Positions 16,998-25,828 of a stretch of DNA of 61,017 nucleotides are shown one piece after another. Positions within the stretch are counted from its first letter, which is position 1, and every line of letters begins with the position of its first letter. The stretch spans positions 1-61,017 of the IMG/VR virus record IMGVR_UViG_3300002854_000002; one strand, 5' to 3'. A program made the position numbers and the translations under genes. Below the pieces are notes generated by a model. It searched no databases and was not told the origin of the DNA. It saw only the letters and a program-made list of their open reading frames with translations. Source of the DNA: a virus.

Positions 16998-18776
16998 ATC
17001 GACGTAAAACTGACGCTAAACACACGTGTTAAAGACGCTGTACGACGTAAGACGGCGGCTATTCCGGAAACAGCGGCCGAAGCATTTGTGAGAATCGGCG
17101 CGATGGCACTCTCGGATAAGGAGCGCGCACAGTACGTAGAAGCTCGCCAAGCCTACTCAGACGGACGAATTGGTAACGTTCGATCTGATAACGCTAAATG
17201 GACGAAGGGCGACGTACTGGCGGCAGGCGCGCGCTTATTACGAGAGAAGGCGGAGTCAATCCGGAGGGAGCGTATGGCGGAAGTCGTACGCTCCAAGCCC
17301 GCCAATTATCACGTATTAACGAACGATTCCGAGTTGCCCGCGTTTATCGAAAGACTCCGCGAAGAGTGTCGTAGACAAACCGCCGAGTGGACGGACCGAT
17401 TCCGCATACTCGGCGTTGATACAATGACGGCCGGCGACTTCGAAGGAACCGGGATCGATACGTACATCGATTTATCGATCGGCTACAGCGTGTGGTTGCC
17501 GTTGCTCGACGAAGGCTATTATCTCGCGTACGGTCACGTTGATATGCGCGGCGAAGATGGCTTCGAGTTTCTAACGGAAGAGTCAGCGTTCAAGGAGTCT
17601 GATCCTCAGCTTACGCGTTCGAAAGTATTAGCGGCAATTATCCCGTACTTATCGCGGCCGAATCACGGCAAGACGTTCCATATGGGATCGGCTCGCTACG
17701 ATTTACACGTCGCGGATAAAGACGGCTACGAGATTCGCGGCTGCGTTTGGGATACGTTGGACGCCATGAATTTAATGAACGAACACGAACCAGCATACGG
17801 ATTGAAGCCGTTGATTGCGAAGTACGGTCCGGCTTTCGGGATTAACGGTCCGATCGTTACCTTCGAAGATCTATTCGGCCCGCGCTCGCCGGCTCCGTTT
17901 AATACGGAACTCGTCGGCATCTACGCAATCAACGACGTTAAATACGGATGGTCGCTGTTCGAATGGCAGTTCGCGCAAATGGGAAAAGCGCCGAGCGCTA
18001 ACGGAAATGGCCGGCTCCTCGAATGCTACGCGTTGATCGATTCGAAGCTGCCGGAGACCGACGTATTCATGGCACGTTGCGGATTCGAAATCGATACAGA
18101 CGGATTGGCGCGACTGGCAGCGGAGTTTACGCCGAAGTTGGAGGCGGCCCGCGCGGAGGTCATCGAATCGTACGGAATTGATGCGGCCTTTGTACGGAAA
18201 ATGGATCGCGCCCTTCACAGCGCTAAAGTTACGGAATGGATCGGTAAGCAAGGCTCTCGTATCGCCCGTAGGCGTGAGCAATTAACGAAGCATCGTGCCA
18301 TTATTGCGGACTGTGAAGAGCGCGGTAAGACGGATACGAAGAAATACACGGAAGCCGCTGCGAAACTGGCGGAGTTGGAGGCGGACGTACTAGCGCCAGC
18401 CGACGAGGAACATGCGCCGCTTTTTACGGAAGATTTTTCGATTACGAACGGCAACCATCTCGCGTATCTCATTTACGATCATCTCGGAATCCGTGACCGG
18501 ACGCCGCAATTCAAACGCGGCAAGACGCGCTCTACGGCGGCCGACGTCCTGGACGCGTACTACGAAGAGGAAGAGGCACTAAAGCCGCTAGCGACGGTTG
18601 CGGCATACGAGAAACTGCTTAATACGTACGTGACGAAGGTACCGGCGGCGCTCGAAGGTGATGGGCGGCTGCATACGGAGTTTAAGGCGGGCGGCACGTC
18701 AACGGGGCGCTATAGCAGCGCGGGCTATCGTGGGCGGCCGATCGATATATTAGCGGAATTTGAAACGGAGGGGTAA
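16998..18776 (+). CDS. Family A DNA polymerase, N-terminal piece (3'-5' exonuclease plus first part of the polymerase domain)
   Basis: Ends at ...LHTEFKAGGTSTGRYSS followed by an 18-aa tail. Canonical starts are GTG 17088 or ATG 17103, neither with an SD. ATC 16998 lies 8 nt after AGGGGG. Confidence 0.8.
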   Translation: MDVKLTLNTRVKDAVRRKTAAIPETAAEAFVRIGAMALSDKERAQYVEARQAYSDGRIGNVRSDNAKWTKGDVLAAGARLLREKAESIRRERMAEVVRSKPANYHVLTNDSELPAFIERLREECRRQTAEWTDRFRILGVDTMTAGDFEGTGIDTYIDLSIGYSVWLPLLDEGYYLAYGHVDMRGEDGFEFLTEESAFKESDPQLTRSKVLAAIIPYLSRPNHGKTFHMGSARYDLHVADKDGYEIRGCVWDTLDAMNLMNEHEPAYGLKPLIAKYGPAFGINGPIVTFEDLFGPRSPAPFNTELVGIYAINDVKYGWSLFEWQFAQMGKAPSANGNGRLLECYALIDSKLPETDVFMARCGFEIDTDGLARLAAEFTPKLEAARAEVIESYGIDAAFVRKMDRALHSAKVTEWIGKQGSRIARRREQLTKHRAIIADCEERGKTDTKKYTEAAAKLAELEADVLAPADEEHAPLFTEDFSITNGNHLAYLIYDHLGIRDRTPQFKRGKTRSTAADVLDAYYEEEEALKPLATVAAYEKLLNTYVTKVPAALEGDGRLHTEFKAGGTSTGRYSSAGYRGRPIDILAEFETEG

Positions 18777-18778
18777 AA

Positions 18779-18937
18779 GTGGCAAAAGTTGTAGAAACGA
18801 ATGTTCCGAAGGATATCGAGTTGACGATCAAGCTAAACGTAGAGGAAATCGGTGTACTAACGCGGGCTATGGGGCGGCACGTTGAGGGCTACGAGTTGTT
18901 CAGATTCTTTGACCGTCTTTACGAACAGTATCGCTAA
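18779..18937 (+). CDS. 52-aa ORF inside the polymerase split
   Basis: GTG 18779 lies 3 nt after the upstream stop, with SD GGAGGGG. Its TAA overlaps the ATG of the downstream polymerase piece (TAATG). Confidence 0.45.
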   Translation: MAKVVETNVPKDIELTIKLNVEEIGVLTRAMGRHVEGYELFRFFDRLYEQYR

Positions 18938-20019
18938 TGCTGACGATAACTGACACCAATTACCACGCTATCGTCCGCAAGCTCATCGCCGACGAGCGCA
19001 AGGTTCCGAAGGGTACGAATCTTCAGAACATGCCGAGCAAAGGTGGCGGCGTCCTCGTCCGTAATCAATTCGTTCCGCGCGCCGGCTTTACGTTCGTCGG
19101 CGCTGACCTCGGCCAAATCGAACCGCGAATCATGGCGCACATCATGTGGACAGTATACGGAGACAACTCCATGCGTCAGATTTTCGTCGACGGCACGGAC
19201 TTGTATACGACTATGGCGATGATGACGTTTAGTTTGGCGGAAGAGTTTTGCGTAGATAAAGCGTACGATCCGACCGGCACGTTTAAGCCGCGTTCTCTCA
19301 TGAAGACCGGAGTACTCGCGGTCAGTTACGATCAGTCACCGCGTTCCTTCGCTAAGAAGATGAACGTAACGGACGAGGTAGCTGCGATGTTCTTCGAAAA
19401 CTTCGACCGTACATTCCCGTCGTTTAAGGCGATGGTAGCCGACATTCGTGACGCGATGAGACTAAGCGGTTATGTTGAAACGTTATACGGACGCAAACGG
19501 CGTTTCCCGGATTACAAGAGCGTGGCTGCAGCGGCCGCCAAGAACGAACAGCGCCTAATCCGGCTATACACGGAGCGCAAGCAGATCAACGCGAAAACAG
19601 CGCCAACGCCGCGCGATCAACAGCGATTAATAGCGTTACAGGACGAAATCGACGTTCTCGCGGAAAAACGCGGCCTTATCGGCTATTGGGAACGCGCGGC
19701 ATTTAACGCGGTCATTCAAGGGACCGGCGCGGATATCCTGAAGATGAACGGGAATCGAAACGCGCGGATATGCAAGGAACGCGGATGGGAATTTAATGCG
19801 TCGATCCACGATGAAATCAAGAACAGCGTGCCGAATGACGACCTTACGCCGGCAACGATCGAGCTTATCGACGAAATCATGACGAAGACGGCCGAGCTGA
19901 GCGTTCCGTTGGTTACGGATATCGTAATCGAGCCGCGTTGGATGATGGAGTATGGGCCGGACGAGTGGGATTACGTTAACTGCCGGCCGAAAGCGGAGTT
20001 CGCGAATAAATATGTATAG
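18937..20019 (+). CDS. Family A DNA polymerase, C-terminal piece (motifs A, B, C)
   Basis: GTNLQNMP, ADLGQIEPRIMAH (motif A), RSLMKTGVLAVSYD (motif B), SIHDEI (motif C). Confidence 0.9.
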   Translation: MLTITDTNYHAIVRKLIADERKVPKGTNLQNMPSKGGGVLVRNQFVPRAGFTFVGADLGQIEPRIMAHIMWTVYGDNSMRQIFVDGTDLYTTMAMMTFSLAEEFCVDKAYDPTGTFKPRSLMKTGVLAVSYDQSPRSFAKKMNVTDEVAAMFFENFDRTFPSFKAMVADIRDAMRLSGYVETLYGRKRRFPDYKSVAAAAAKNEQRLIRLYTERKQINAKTAPTPRDQQRLIALQDEIDVLAEKRGLIGYWERAAFNAVIQGTGADILKMNGNRNARICKERGWEFNASIHDEIKNSVPNDDLTPATIELIDEIMTKTAELSVPLVTDIVIEPRWMMEYGPDEWDYVNCRPKAEFANKYV

Positions 20020-20039
20020 AAAAACGAGGAGGCGGACGT

Positions 20040-20309
20040 ATGAAAATTACGGAGATTCACAATATCGGCGGAGATGACGATTACGAATACTGCGGAAAGG
20101 GTTCGATCACGGTTACAGTCGAGGACGACGCAGGCAATCGTAAAAGCGCCGACATCAGCGCGGGCGAGCCGGAGGATGCGGTATTCTTCCGCGATTTGAA
20201 CGGTGCTTACAATATCGCTGACATCGTTAAACTAGCGTACGAAGCCGGTAAGCGAGGCGAGGAAATGACGTACGAGTTTCGGGACGATAACGAAGAGGAG
20301 GCGGTTTAA
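20040..20309 (+). CDS. Acidic hypothetical protein (89 aa)
   Basis: Intact ORF with SD GAGGAGG. Confidence 0.55.
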   Translation: MKITEIHNIGGDDDYEYCGKGSITVTVEDDAGNRKSADISAGEPEDAVFFRDLNGAYNIADIVKLAYEAGKRGEEMTYEFRDDNEEEAV

Positions 20310-21368
20310 ATTAGCGTATTCACACGCATTGGAAACGCAGATCAAACGCAAACGGACCAAATCGCGGCTGACTTTACGGAATATCTCAACGCATGGCACT
20401 CGCAGCCGGAAACGTACGACGATGCTTTAGACGCGCAGATTCATCGGTGGTATGCGGACATCCTTACGGACAAATCGCGTAAAGTGTGGCCGCCGCGTGA
20501 CATACCGTACTTCTCGCCATCATCCGCGAATAGTTGTCCACGCGAACTTTACGAGAAGATCCGTAAAGCCAAGCGCGATAAGTCGCTCACTTCGCCGCAC
20601 CAAGGCCGCTGGCGCTCGATCGGAACCGCCATTGGCGACGTAATACAGCGAGATCTATTGTTCGCGGAGAAGCATCTTGACTCCGAAGCGATCGGTAATC
20701 AAGTATTTATGTTCGAGCGTAACGAACGCGGTGAGCCGATGTTTGAGAACTTCGCAAAGAAGAACGCCATCTTTACGCATCGCGGTAAAACGTTCTCTAT
20801 CTCCGGAACATGTGACGGCATCATGCGCTATGTATCGGAGGACGGTGAGGTTATACGCGTCGGTGTCGAAGTTAAGTCGAAGCAAACTACGTCCGCTAAG
20901 ACGTCAGAGTATTCAACGCGTAACGGCCCAGGCGCTGACCACGTCAAACAATGCGTATGTTATTCGCTTATGTACGGTACGGTCGATGAGCCAATTGACT
21001 ATTACATTATCCTTCACGTTAATGCGTCAAAAAAGGCATGGCAAATGAGCGCAGAGGATTACGCCAAGACGCCAGATATTAAGGCGTTCTGCTTCGAAAT
21101 AACGGACGAGATGCGGCACGGCGTTCTCGATTACTTTGCGGACGTCCTCGACGCGATAGAAAAGAACGATCCGCCTGCGCTAGATATCGGTAAGTTTACT
21201 TTTAACAACTACAAACGTGCGTGTGCGGCCGGTTTATCCGATGAGGAATACGCGGCCTTACAACGCCAAGTTGACGCAATACAACGCAGCGGATTGAAGG
21301 ATTTCGAGAAGCGTAATTATGCGGAAGCATTCGAACAATTAACGGAGTTACGGAAGGGGATCGCGTAA
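20310..21368 (+). CDS. PD-(D/E)XK (RecB/Cas4/YqaJ-like) exonuclease, apparent ATT start
   Basis: CDGI...VGVEVKS (D...E.K) and QCVCY (QxxxY). 58 sense codons are open between the upstream TAA and the first canonical start (GTG 20484). ATT 20310 lies 8 nt after GAGGAGG. Confidence 0.65.
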   Translation: MSVFTRIGNADQTQTDQIAADFTEYLNAWHSQPETYDDALDAQIHRWYADILTDKSRKVWPPRDIPYFSPSSANSCPRELYEKIRKAKRDKSLTSPHQGRWRSIGTAIGDVIQRDLLFAEKHLDSEAIGNQVFMFERNERGEPMFENFAKKNAIFTHRGKTFSISGTCDGIMRYVSEDGEVIRVGVEVKSKQTTSAKTSEYSTRNGPGADHVKQCVCYSLMYGTVDEPIDYYIILHVNASKKAWQMSAEDYAKTPDIKAFCFEITDEMRHGVLDYFADVLDAIEKNDPPALDIGKFTFNNYKRACAAGLSDEEYAALQRQVDAIQRSGLKDFEKRNYAEAFEQLTELRKGIA

Positions 21369-21755
21369 ATGAATCCAGTATATTTACACGGTTGGGAAAC
21401 GGCTGAGGACGTGATTGAGAGCTTCGAGGGAACGAGATGGAGCGAGGAGTCTTCGCCTCCCATTGCGGATAAAGACAACATCGAGATACTGCTTGCGTCC
21501 TACACGTATGAAGATTACTCCGGATACGCGTTCGTACTTTATCGCGAAAAATCAAGCGGAATCTTATACGAGGTCAATGGAAGTCACTGTAGTTGTTACG
21601 GACTTGAAGGACAGTGGTCACCGGAAGAGACAAACATTAAAGTATTACGACATCGTCTAACGGAAGGATCTCTTGGCTCATATTACGGTTCAAACGAGTA
21701 CACAAATGAACTGATAAGCGTTCTCGATGCGTTAGAGGCGGAGGTGGCGGTATAA
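21369..21755 (+). CDS. Hypothetical protein (128 aa)
   Basis: ATG directly follows the upstream stop. Confidence 0.55.
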   Translation: MNPVYLHGWETAEDVIESFEGTRWSEESSPPIADKDNIEILLASYTYEDYSGYAFVLYREKSSGILYEVNGSHCSCYGLEGQWSPEETNIKVLRHRLTEGSLGSYYGSNEYTNELISVLDALEAEVAV

Positions 21756-21998
21756 ATGGACCAAAAGCTACGCGATTACCTGACGATTACGGCGTTCGGC
21801 ACATTCGCAGCGGAAACCGATACGGATTTATCCGATATCATAACGCCGGAAGTCGTCGAAGCACTCTGCGTAAAATTCCCCGTTGATATTCCGCAGACGG
21901 CCGAGACTCGCGCGCTATCAACGGAGATTGTCCGCCAGATTGTCCGTGACGCGCTAGAACGGATAACGGAGGTGGCCGCCGATTCCTCCGAAAATTAA
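21756..21998 (+). CDS. Hypothetical protein (80 aa)
   Basis: ATG directly follows the upstream stop. Confidence 0.5.
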   Translation: MDQKLRDYLTITAFGTFAAETDTDLSDIITPEVVEALCVKFPVDIPQTAETRALSTEIVRQIVRDALERITEVAADSSEN

Positions 21999-22506
21999 AG
22001 AACCGACGCTAATCTACGCGGGACTCGATCTATCGCTAACATCGCCAGGATTCGCGGTCGTCTCCGTTAAGGGCCGCGTTCCTACGTTAGTCGCGACGTC
22101 AGTCGTCAAAACTGAAGCAGCCGAGGCGCAACCGCTACGCTACGAGGTAATCGAAGCGCACGCCTTATTATTCTTCCGCCAGTACACGCCGTCATCTGCT
22201 ATCATACGAGAAATATGGCCGCCATCACGTAACTTCGAGCAGAACGATAAAGTTCACGGAAGTTGGAGCGCGGTCGATCGCGCCCTATCCCGCCTTGGAC
22301 TCGTTGTAGCGGAGAGCCTTGCGCCAAGTAGCGTTAAGAAGCTAGTAACTGGAAACGGCCGCGCCGAGAAGCCGGAAGTAGCGGAGGCAGTACGGAGGAT
22401 TTTACGCCTCGGTCCGGATCACGTATTTAAGGCGGGGTATGACGATGCGGACGCATGTGCCGTAGTCCTGGCGTATCTTATCCGCGAAGAGTTGATTTCG
22501 ACGTGA
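21982..22506 (+). CDS. ruvC: RuvC-like Holliday junction resolvase (174 aa), absent from the ORF track, ATT start
   Basis: Hand translation gives 175 open codons: ..LIYAGLDLSLTSPGFAVV...AIIREIW...VKKLVTGNGRAEKPEV...GYDDADACAVVLAYL. The only in-frame ATG/GTG/TTG is TTG 22492, four codons before the stop. SD GGAGGTG 21968-21974 lies 7 nt before ATT 21982. Confidence 0.8.
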   Translation: MPPKIKEPTLIYAGLDLSLTSPGFAVVSVKGRVPTLVATSVVKTEAAEAQPLRYEVIEAHALLFFRQYTPSSAIIREIWPPSRNFEQNDKVHGSWSAVDRALSRLGLVVAESLAPSSVKKLVTGNGRAEKPEVAEAVRRILRLGPDHVFKAGYDDADACAVVLAYLIREELIST

Positions 22507-22667
22507 CTCTCGCCGATAGCCTACGCGCCGAACTCGCCCACGTCGAGTACTGCATCCGGATTCGTAACGAAGACTTGACGCAGCTTAACGCAAGGAAAGC
22601 GGAAATTGTAAGACAAATCGCGCAACACGAAGGAGAGCGAAATATTGACGGAAATTCACGTAATTAA
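22503..22667 (+). CDS. Hypothetical small protein (54 aa)
   Basis: GTG 22503 overlaps the RuvC stop. An alternative ATG 22455 would overlap ruvC by 52 nt. Confidence 0.35.
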   Translation: MTLADSLRAELAHVEYCIRIRNEDLTQLNARKAEIVRQIAQHEGERNIDGNSRN

Positions 22668-24939
22668 ACGCAATGGGATCGCCGAAAGCCTGGACGTCAG
22701 CAAAATGCGCCGCGTAATCGAATATGCCTGCGCTGGCTATCCCGAGTGTAGTGCGCTCGAACTCGAACGGGACGCGAAGCTGCAATTTCGCGACGGCATG
22801 ACAACGACGGAGATACAGACGTCCCTTACGCAGGTAGCCGTCGAGAAAACATCGATCGAGCGGCCGAACTGGCAATTCGTAGCGGCGCGGCTACTCGCGT
22901 ACGACTTTTATAAGGAGGCGGCCATTAATCGCGGTTATAGCGGACAGTTTGGGTACGGCGATTTCACAACGCTGCTAGAAACGCTGACTCATCGAGGCGT
23001 ATACGGAAATTATCTCGCCGACACTTACGGTAAATCAGAAGTTGACGAACTCGGCCGCTATATTAAGCCGGAACGCGACGACTTATTTAACTACATCGGA
23101 CTCAAAACGCTGACGGACCGCTACACAAAGCGTGACGCCGGCCGCATTATGGAACTTCCGCAGGAGCGTTTTATGATTATCGCGATGCATCTCGCTATGA
23201 AGGAGAAGCCGGAGAACCGCGTTGCTTACGCGAAATCATTTTACGATCCATTATCGCGGTTGGAAATGACGGTCGCCACGCCGACGCTCGCTAATGCCGG
23301 TACGCCTCATCCGCAGCTCTCATCGTGCTTTATCGATATGCCGGGCGATAACTTGTGGTCGATTTACAATACGGACGCGGCGTTCGCCCAAGTCTCGAAG
23401 CACGGTGGTGGCATGGGGATATACGTCGGAAAAATCCGTTCCCGTGCGTCATCTATCCGCGACCATGCGGGCGTTGCCGGCGGTGTCATTCCGTGGATTA
23501 AGAACTACAATAATACCGCGCTCGCCGTCGATCAACTCGGCGTCAGGGCCGGCGCGGTTGCAATTTACCTCGACGTATGGCACGCGGACATACTCGATTT
23601 CCTCAACGTGAAAACGAATAACGGCGACGACCGCATGAAGGCGCACGATATATTCCCCGGCGTATGCATTCCGGATATTTTCATGAGGCGCGTTGAGGAG
23701 CGCGGCGAGTGGTATTTATTCGATCCGCACGAAGTGAGAAGCGCGATGGGCTATTCGCTGGAAGACGCGTGGGGTGACGAGTTCGAGCGCCGCTATAACG
23801 ACTGTGTCGAAGCAGCAAACGACGGGCGTCTGACGTATAGAGGCCGGACGATACCGGCAATTGACGTCATGAAGCGGATCATGACGAGCGGCTTCGAGAC
23901 CGGGACGCCGTTTATTTTCTACCGCGATACGGTAAATCGGGCGAATCCGAATAAACACGCCGGTATGATCTACTGTTCGAACCTCTGTACGGAGATCGCG
24001 CAGAACATGACGGAAACGCAGCTCATCGCCGTAGAGGATGACGGAGCAGAGGACGTATTGCGTATTAAATCCGGAGATTTCGTTGTATGCAATTTATCTT
24101 CGCTGAACCTCGGCCGTGTCCGATCGAAGGCGGATATCGAACGTATCGTCACCGCCGAAATGCGTATGCTCGACAACGTTATCGACCTCAATTATTATCC
24201 GATCCCACAAGCGCGGCGAACGAATCAAAAGTATCGAGCGGTCGGCCTCGGCACATCCGGCTATCATCAGTATCTTGCGCAAAATGGCATCGTATGGGAA
24301 AGCGATGAGCATTTAACGGTAGCCGACGAGCTGTTCGAAGAAATCGCGTATTGGGCGATCCGTACATCCAACGTCCTGGCGATCGAACGCGGCCCTTATG
24401 CGGAGTTTAGCGGTAGCGAATGGGAGACCGGCGCGTACTTCGCAAGTCGCGGCTATATCACGATAAACGACGCGGGCGATTACGAAGCGGTCCCCGGTTA
24501 TGAGCGCTGGCAGGTTCTCGCGTATTCCGTCCGCGACCACGGCATGCGTAACGGATGGGTCATGTCGCCGGCCCCGACCGCATCGACATCGTTAATTGCC
24601 GGTTCAACGGCGTGTAACGATCCGATCTTCGCTAAGTTTTTTATCGAAGAGAAGAAAAACGCCGTCATTCCGCAGACTGTGCCGGGCCTTAACGCTGCGA
24701 CGATGTGGCTTTATAAAGAAGCGCACCAAATCGACCAAACGTGGTCAATACGGGCGGCCGGCGTTAGGCAGCGCCATATCGACCAAGCGCAATCATTTAA
24801 CGTTTACTTAACGGCGGAATGGACAGCGCCGCAACTTCTCGATATGTATATTCGAGCATGGAAGGACGGCCTTAAAACGTTGTATTACCTAAGAAATCGG
24901 TCGCTCGAGGTTGATGATTGCGAAGTTTGTTCCGCATAA
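22645..24939 (+). CDS. Class I ribonucleotide reductase alpha subunit (NrdA/NrdE-like)
   Basis: VIKRNG N-terminus, SNLCTEI active-site loop, PAPTASTS motif, TLYYLR tyrosine pair and C-terminal CEVC. Confidence 0.9.
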   Translation: MTEIHVIKRNGIAESLDVSKMRRVIEYACAGYPECSALELERDAKLQFRDGMTTTEIQTSLTQVAVEKTSIERPNWQFVAARLLAYDFYKEAAINRGYSGQFGYGDFTTLLETLTHRGVYGNYLADTYGKSEVDELGRYIKPERDDLFNYIGLKTLTDRYTKRDAGRIMELPQERFMIIAMHLAMKEKPENRVAYAKSFYDPLSRLEMTVATPTLANAGTPHPQLSSCFIDMPGDNLWSIYNTDAAFAQVSKHGGGMGIYVGKIRSRASSIRDHAGVAGGVIPWIKNYNNTALAVDQLGVRAGAVAIYLDVWHADILDFLNVKTNNGDDRMKAHDIFPGVCIPDIFMRRVEERGEWYLFDPHEVRSAMGYSLEDAWGDEFERRYNDCVEAANDGRLTYRGRTIPAIDVMKRIMTSGFETGTPFIFYRDTVNRANPNKHAGMIYCSNLCTEIAQNMTETQLIAVEDDGAEDVLRIKSGDFVVCNLSSLNLGRVRSKADIERIVTAEMRMLDNVIDLNYYPIPQARRTNQKYRAVGLGTSGYHQYLAQNGIVWESDEHLTVADELFEEIAYWAIRTSNVLAIERGPYAEFSGSEWETGAYFASRGYITINDAGDYEAVPGYERWQVLAYSVRDHGMRNGWVMSPAPTASTSLIAGSTACNDPIFAKFFIEEKKNAVIPQTVPGLNAATMWLYKEAHQIDQTWSIRAAGVRQRHIDQAQSFNVYLTAEWTAPQLLDMYIRAWKDGLKTLYYLRNRSLEVDDCEVCSA

Positions 24940-25047
24940 ACTGTACGGAATTCGCGTCTCGTACGTCGTAATACGTATGAGGCGCGGATGTCCCAGTTTG
25001 TGAAAGTCGCGGGCATATATACGTATAGGAACGAAAGGAGCTATTGA

Positions 25048-25596
25048 ATGACGCAATTGAACGTGAACATTCGCAAAGTCCATCCAGCCGCAGTAACTCC
25101 GCAATATGCAACAGACGGGGCCGCTGCTTTCGACTTATGCGCGCTGCAGGGCGGTATTATCGAGCCGGGCGCTACCGCCAAGATACCGCTCGGCCTAGCG
25201 TTCGAGATTCCACCGGGTCACGCTTTACTTATCGCCATACGGTCGGGGATCGCGCTTAAAACGTCCCTGCGCCAGCCAAACGCGCCGGCCATTATCGATT
25301 CGGATTATCGCGGGGACGTGGCGGTGCTGTTCGATAATACAAACGAGGATACAGACGAATGGGGGCGGTCACTGCTTACGCTCGACGGCAATGAAACGGA
25401 CTGGGACGTTGGGCGTTCTTATCCGGCCGGTTCGTATCTTATCCAAGCTGGCGAGCGGATCGCGCAAGGATTCGTTATTCCTATGCCGCGCGTTGAATTT
25501 ACTGAAGTCGCGGCGTTGAGTGAGACGGCTAGAGGTGCGGGCGGCTTTGGATCAACGGGAATTTCTACCGAAATGGATTTTAAAATATCCGATTAA
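25048..25596 (+). CDS. dut: dUTP pyrophosphatase (trimeric dUTPase) with an internal insertion
   Basis: AAFDL, IRSGIALK, IIDSDYRGDV, GERIAQ and GGFGSTG motifs. Confidence 0.85.
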   Translation: MTQLNVNIRKVHPAAVTPQYATDGAAAFDLCALQGGIIEPGATAKIPLGLAFEIPPGHALLIAIRSGIALKTSLRQPNAPAIIDSDYRGDVAVLFDNTNEDTDEWGRSLLTLDGNETDWDVGRSYPAGSYLIQAGERIAQGFVIPMPRVEFTEVAALSETARGAGGFGSTGISTEMDFKISD

Positions 25597-25776
25597 GTTA
25601 TGAATCATTTCAAGTATTGACACAGCAATTATAGCTCTAATTAACGGCCCATTAATAATTTCTACAAATTTGTCGTACTCACTATATACCAACTGATAAG
25701 TCGTGGTGATAGCGATCCAAGCATAATAAACTGATTTAATAAAATAAAGGGTCGATTCAATTACTTTTAGTTTCAT
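25552..25776 (-). CDS. Small hydrophobic protein (74 aa) in an AT-rich insertion
   Basis: SD GAGGTG lies 8 nt upstream of the ATG on the minus strand. Two predicted hydrophobic segments. Local GC is far below its neighbours. Confidence 0.55.
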   Translation of the reverse strand: MKLKVIESTLYFIKSVYYAWIAITTTYQLVYSEYDKFVEIINGPLIRAIIAVSILEMIHNLIGYFKIHFGRNSR

Positions 25777-25828
25777 TTTAAAATCACCTCGTGATAAACA
25801 TCGGAATTAGTGAGGGGGAGTGTGAATA

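Noticed and set aside
18720-19012. An intein in the DNA polymerase
   Set aside because: The intervening segment has in-frame stops, changes frame, is under 100 codons, and lacks Cys/Ser...His-Asn junction residues.
22455-22667. ATG 22455 as the start of the small ORF after ruvC
   Set aside because: It would overlap the conserved RuvC C-terminus by 52 nt. GTG 22503, which overlaps the ruvC stop, is more economical. Confidence is low either way.
24954-24987. Rho-independent terminator after the RNR gene
   Set aside because: A 13-bp G-U-containing hairpin exists but is not followed by a T tract. It may be an RNA stability or processing element rather than a terminator.
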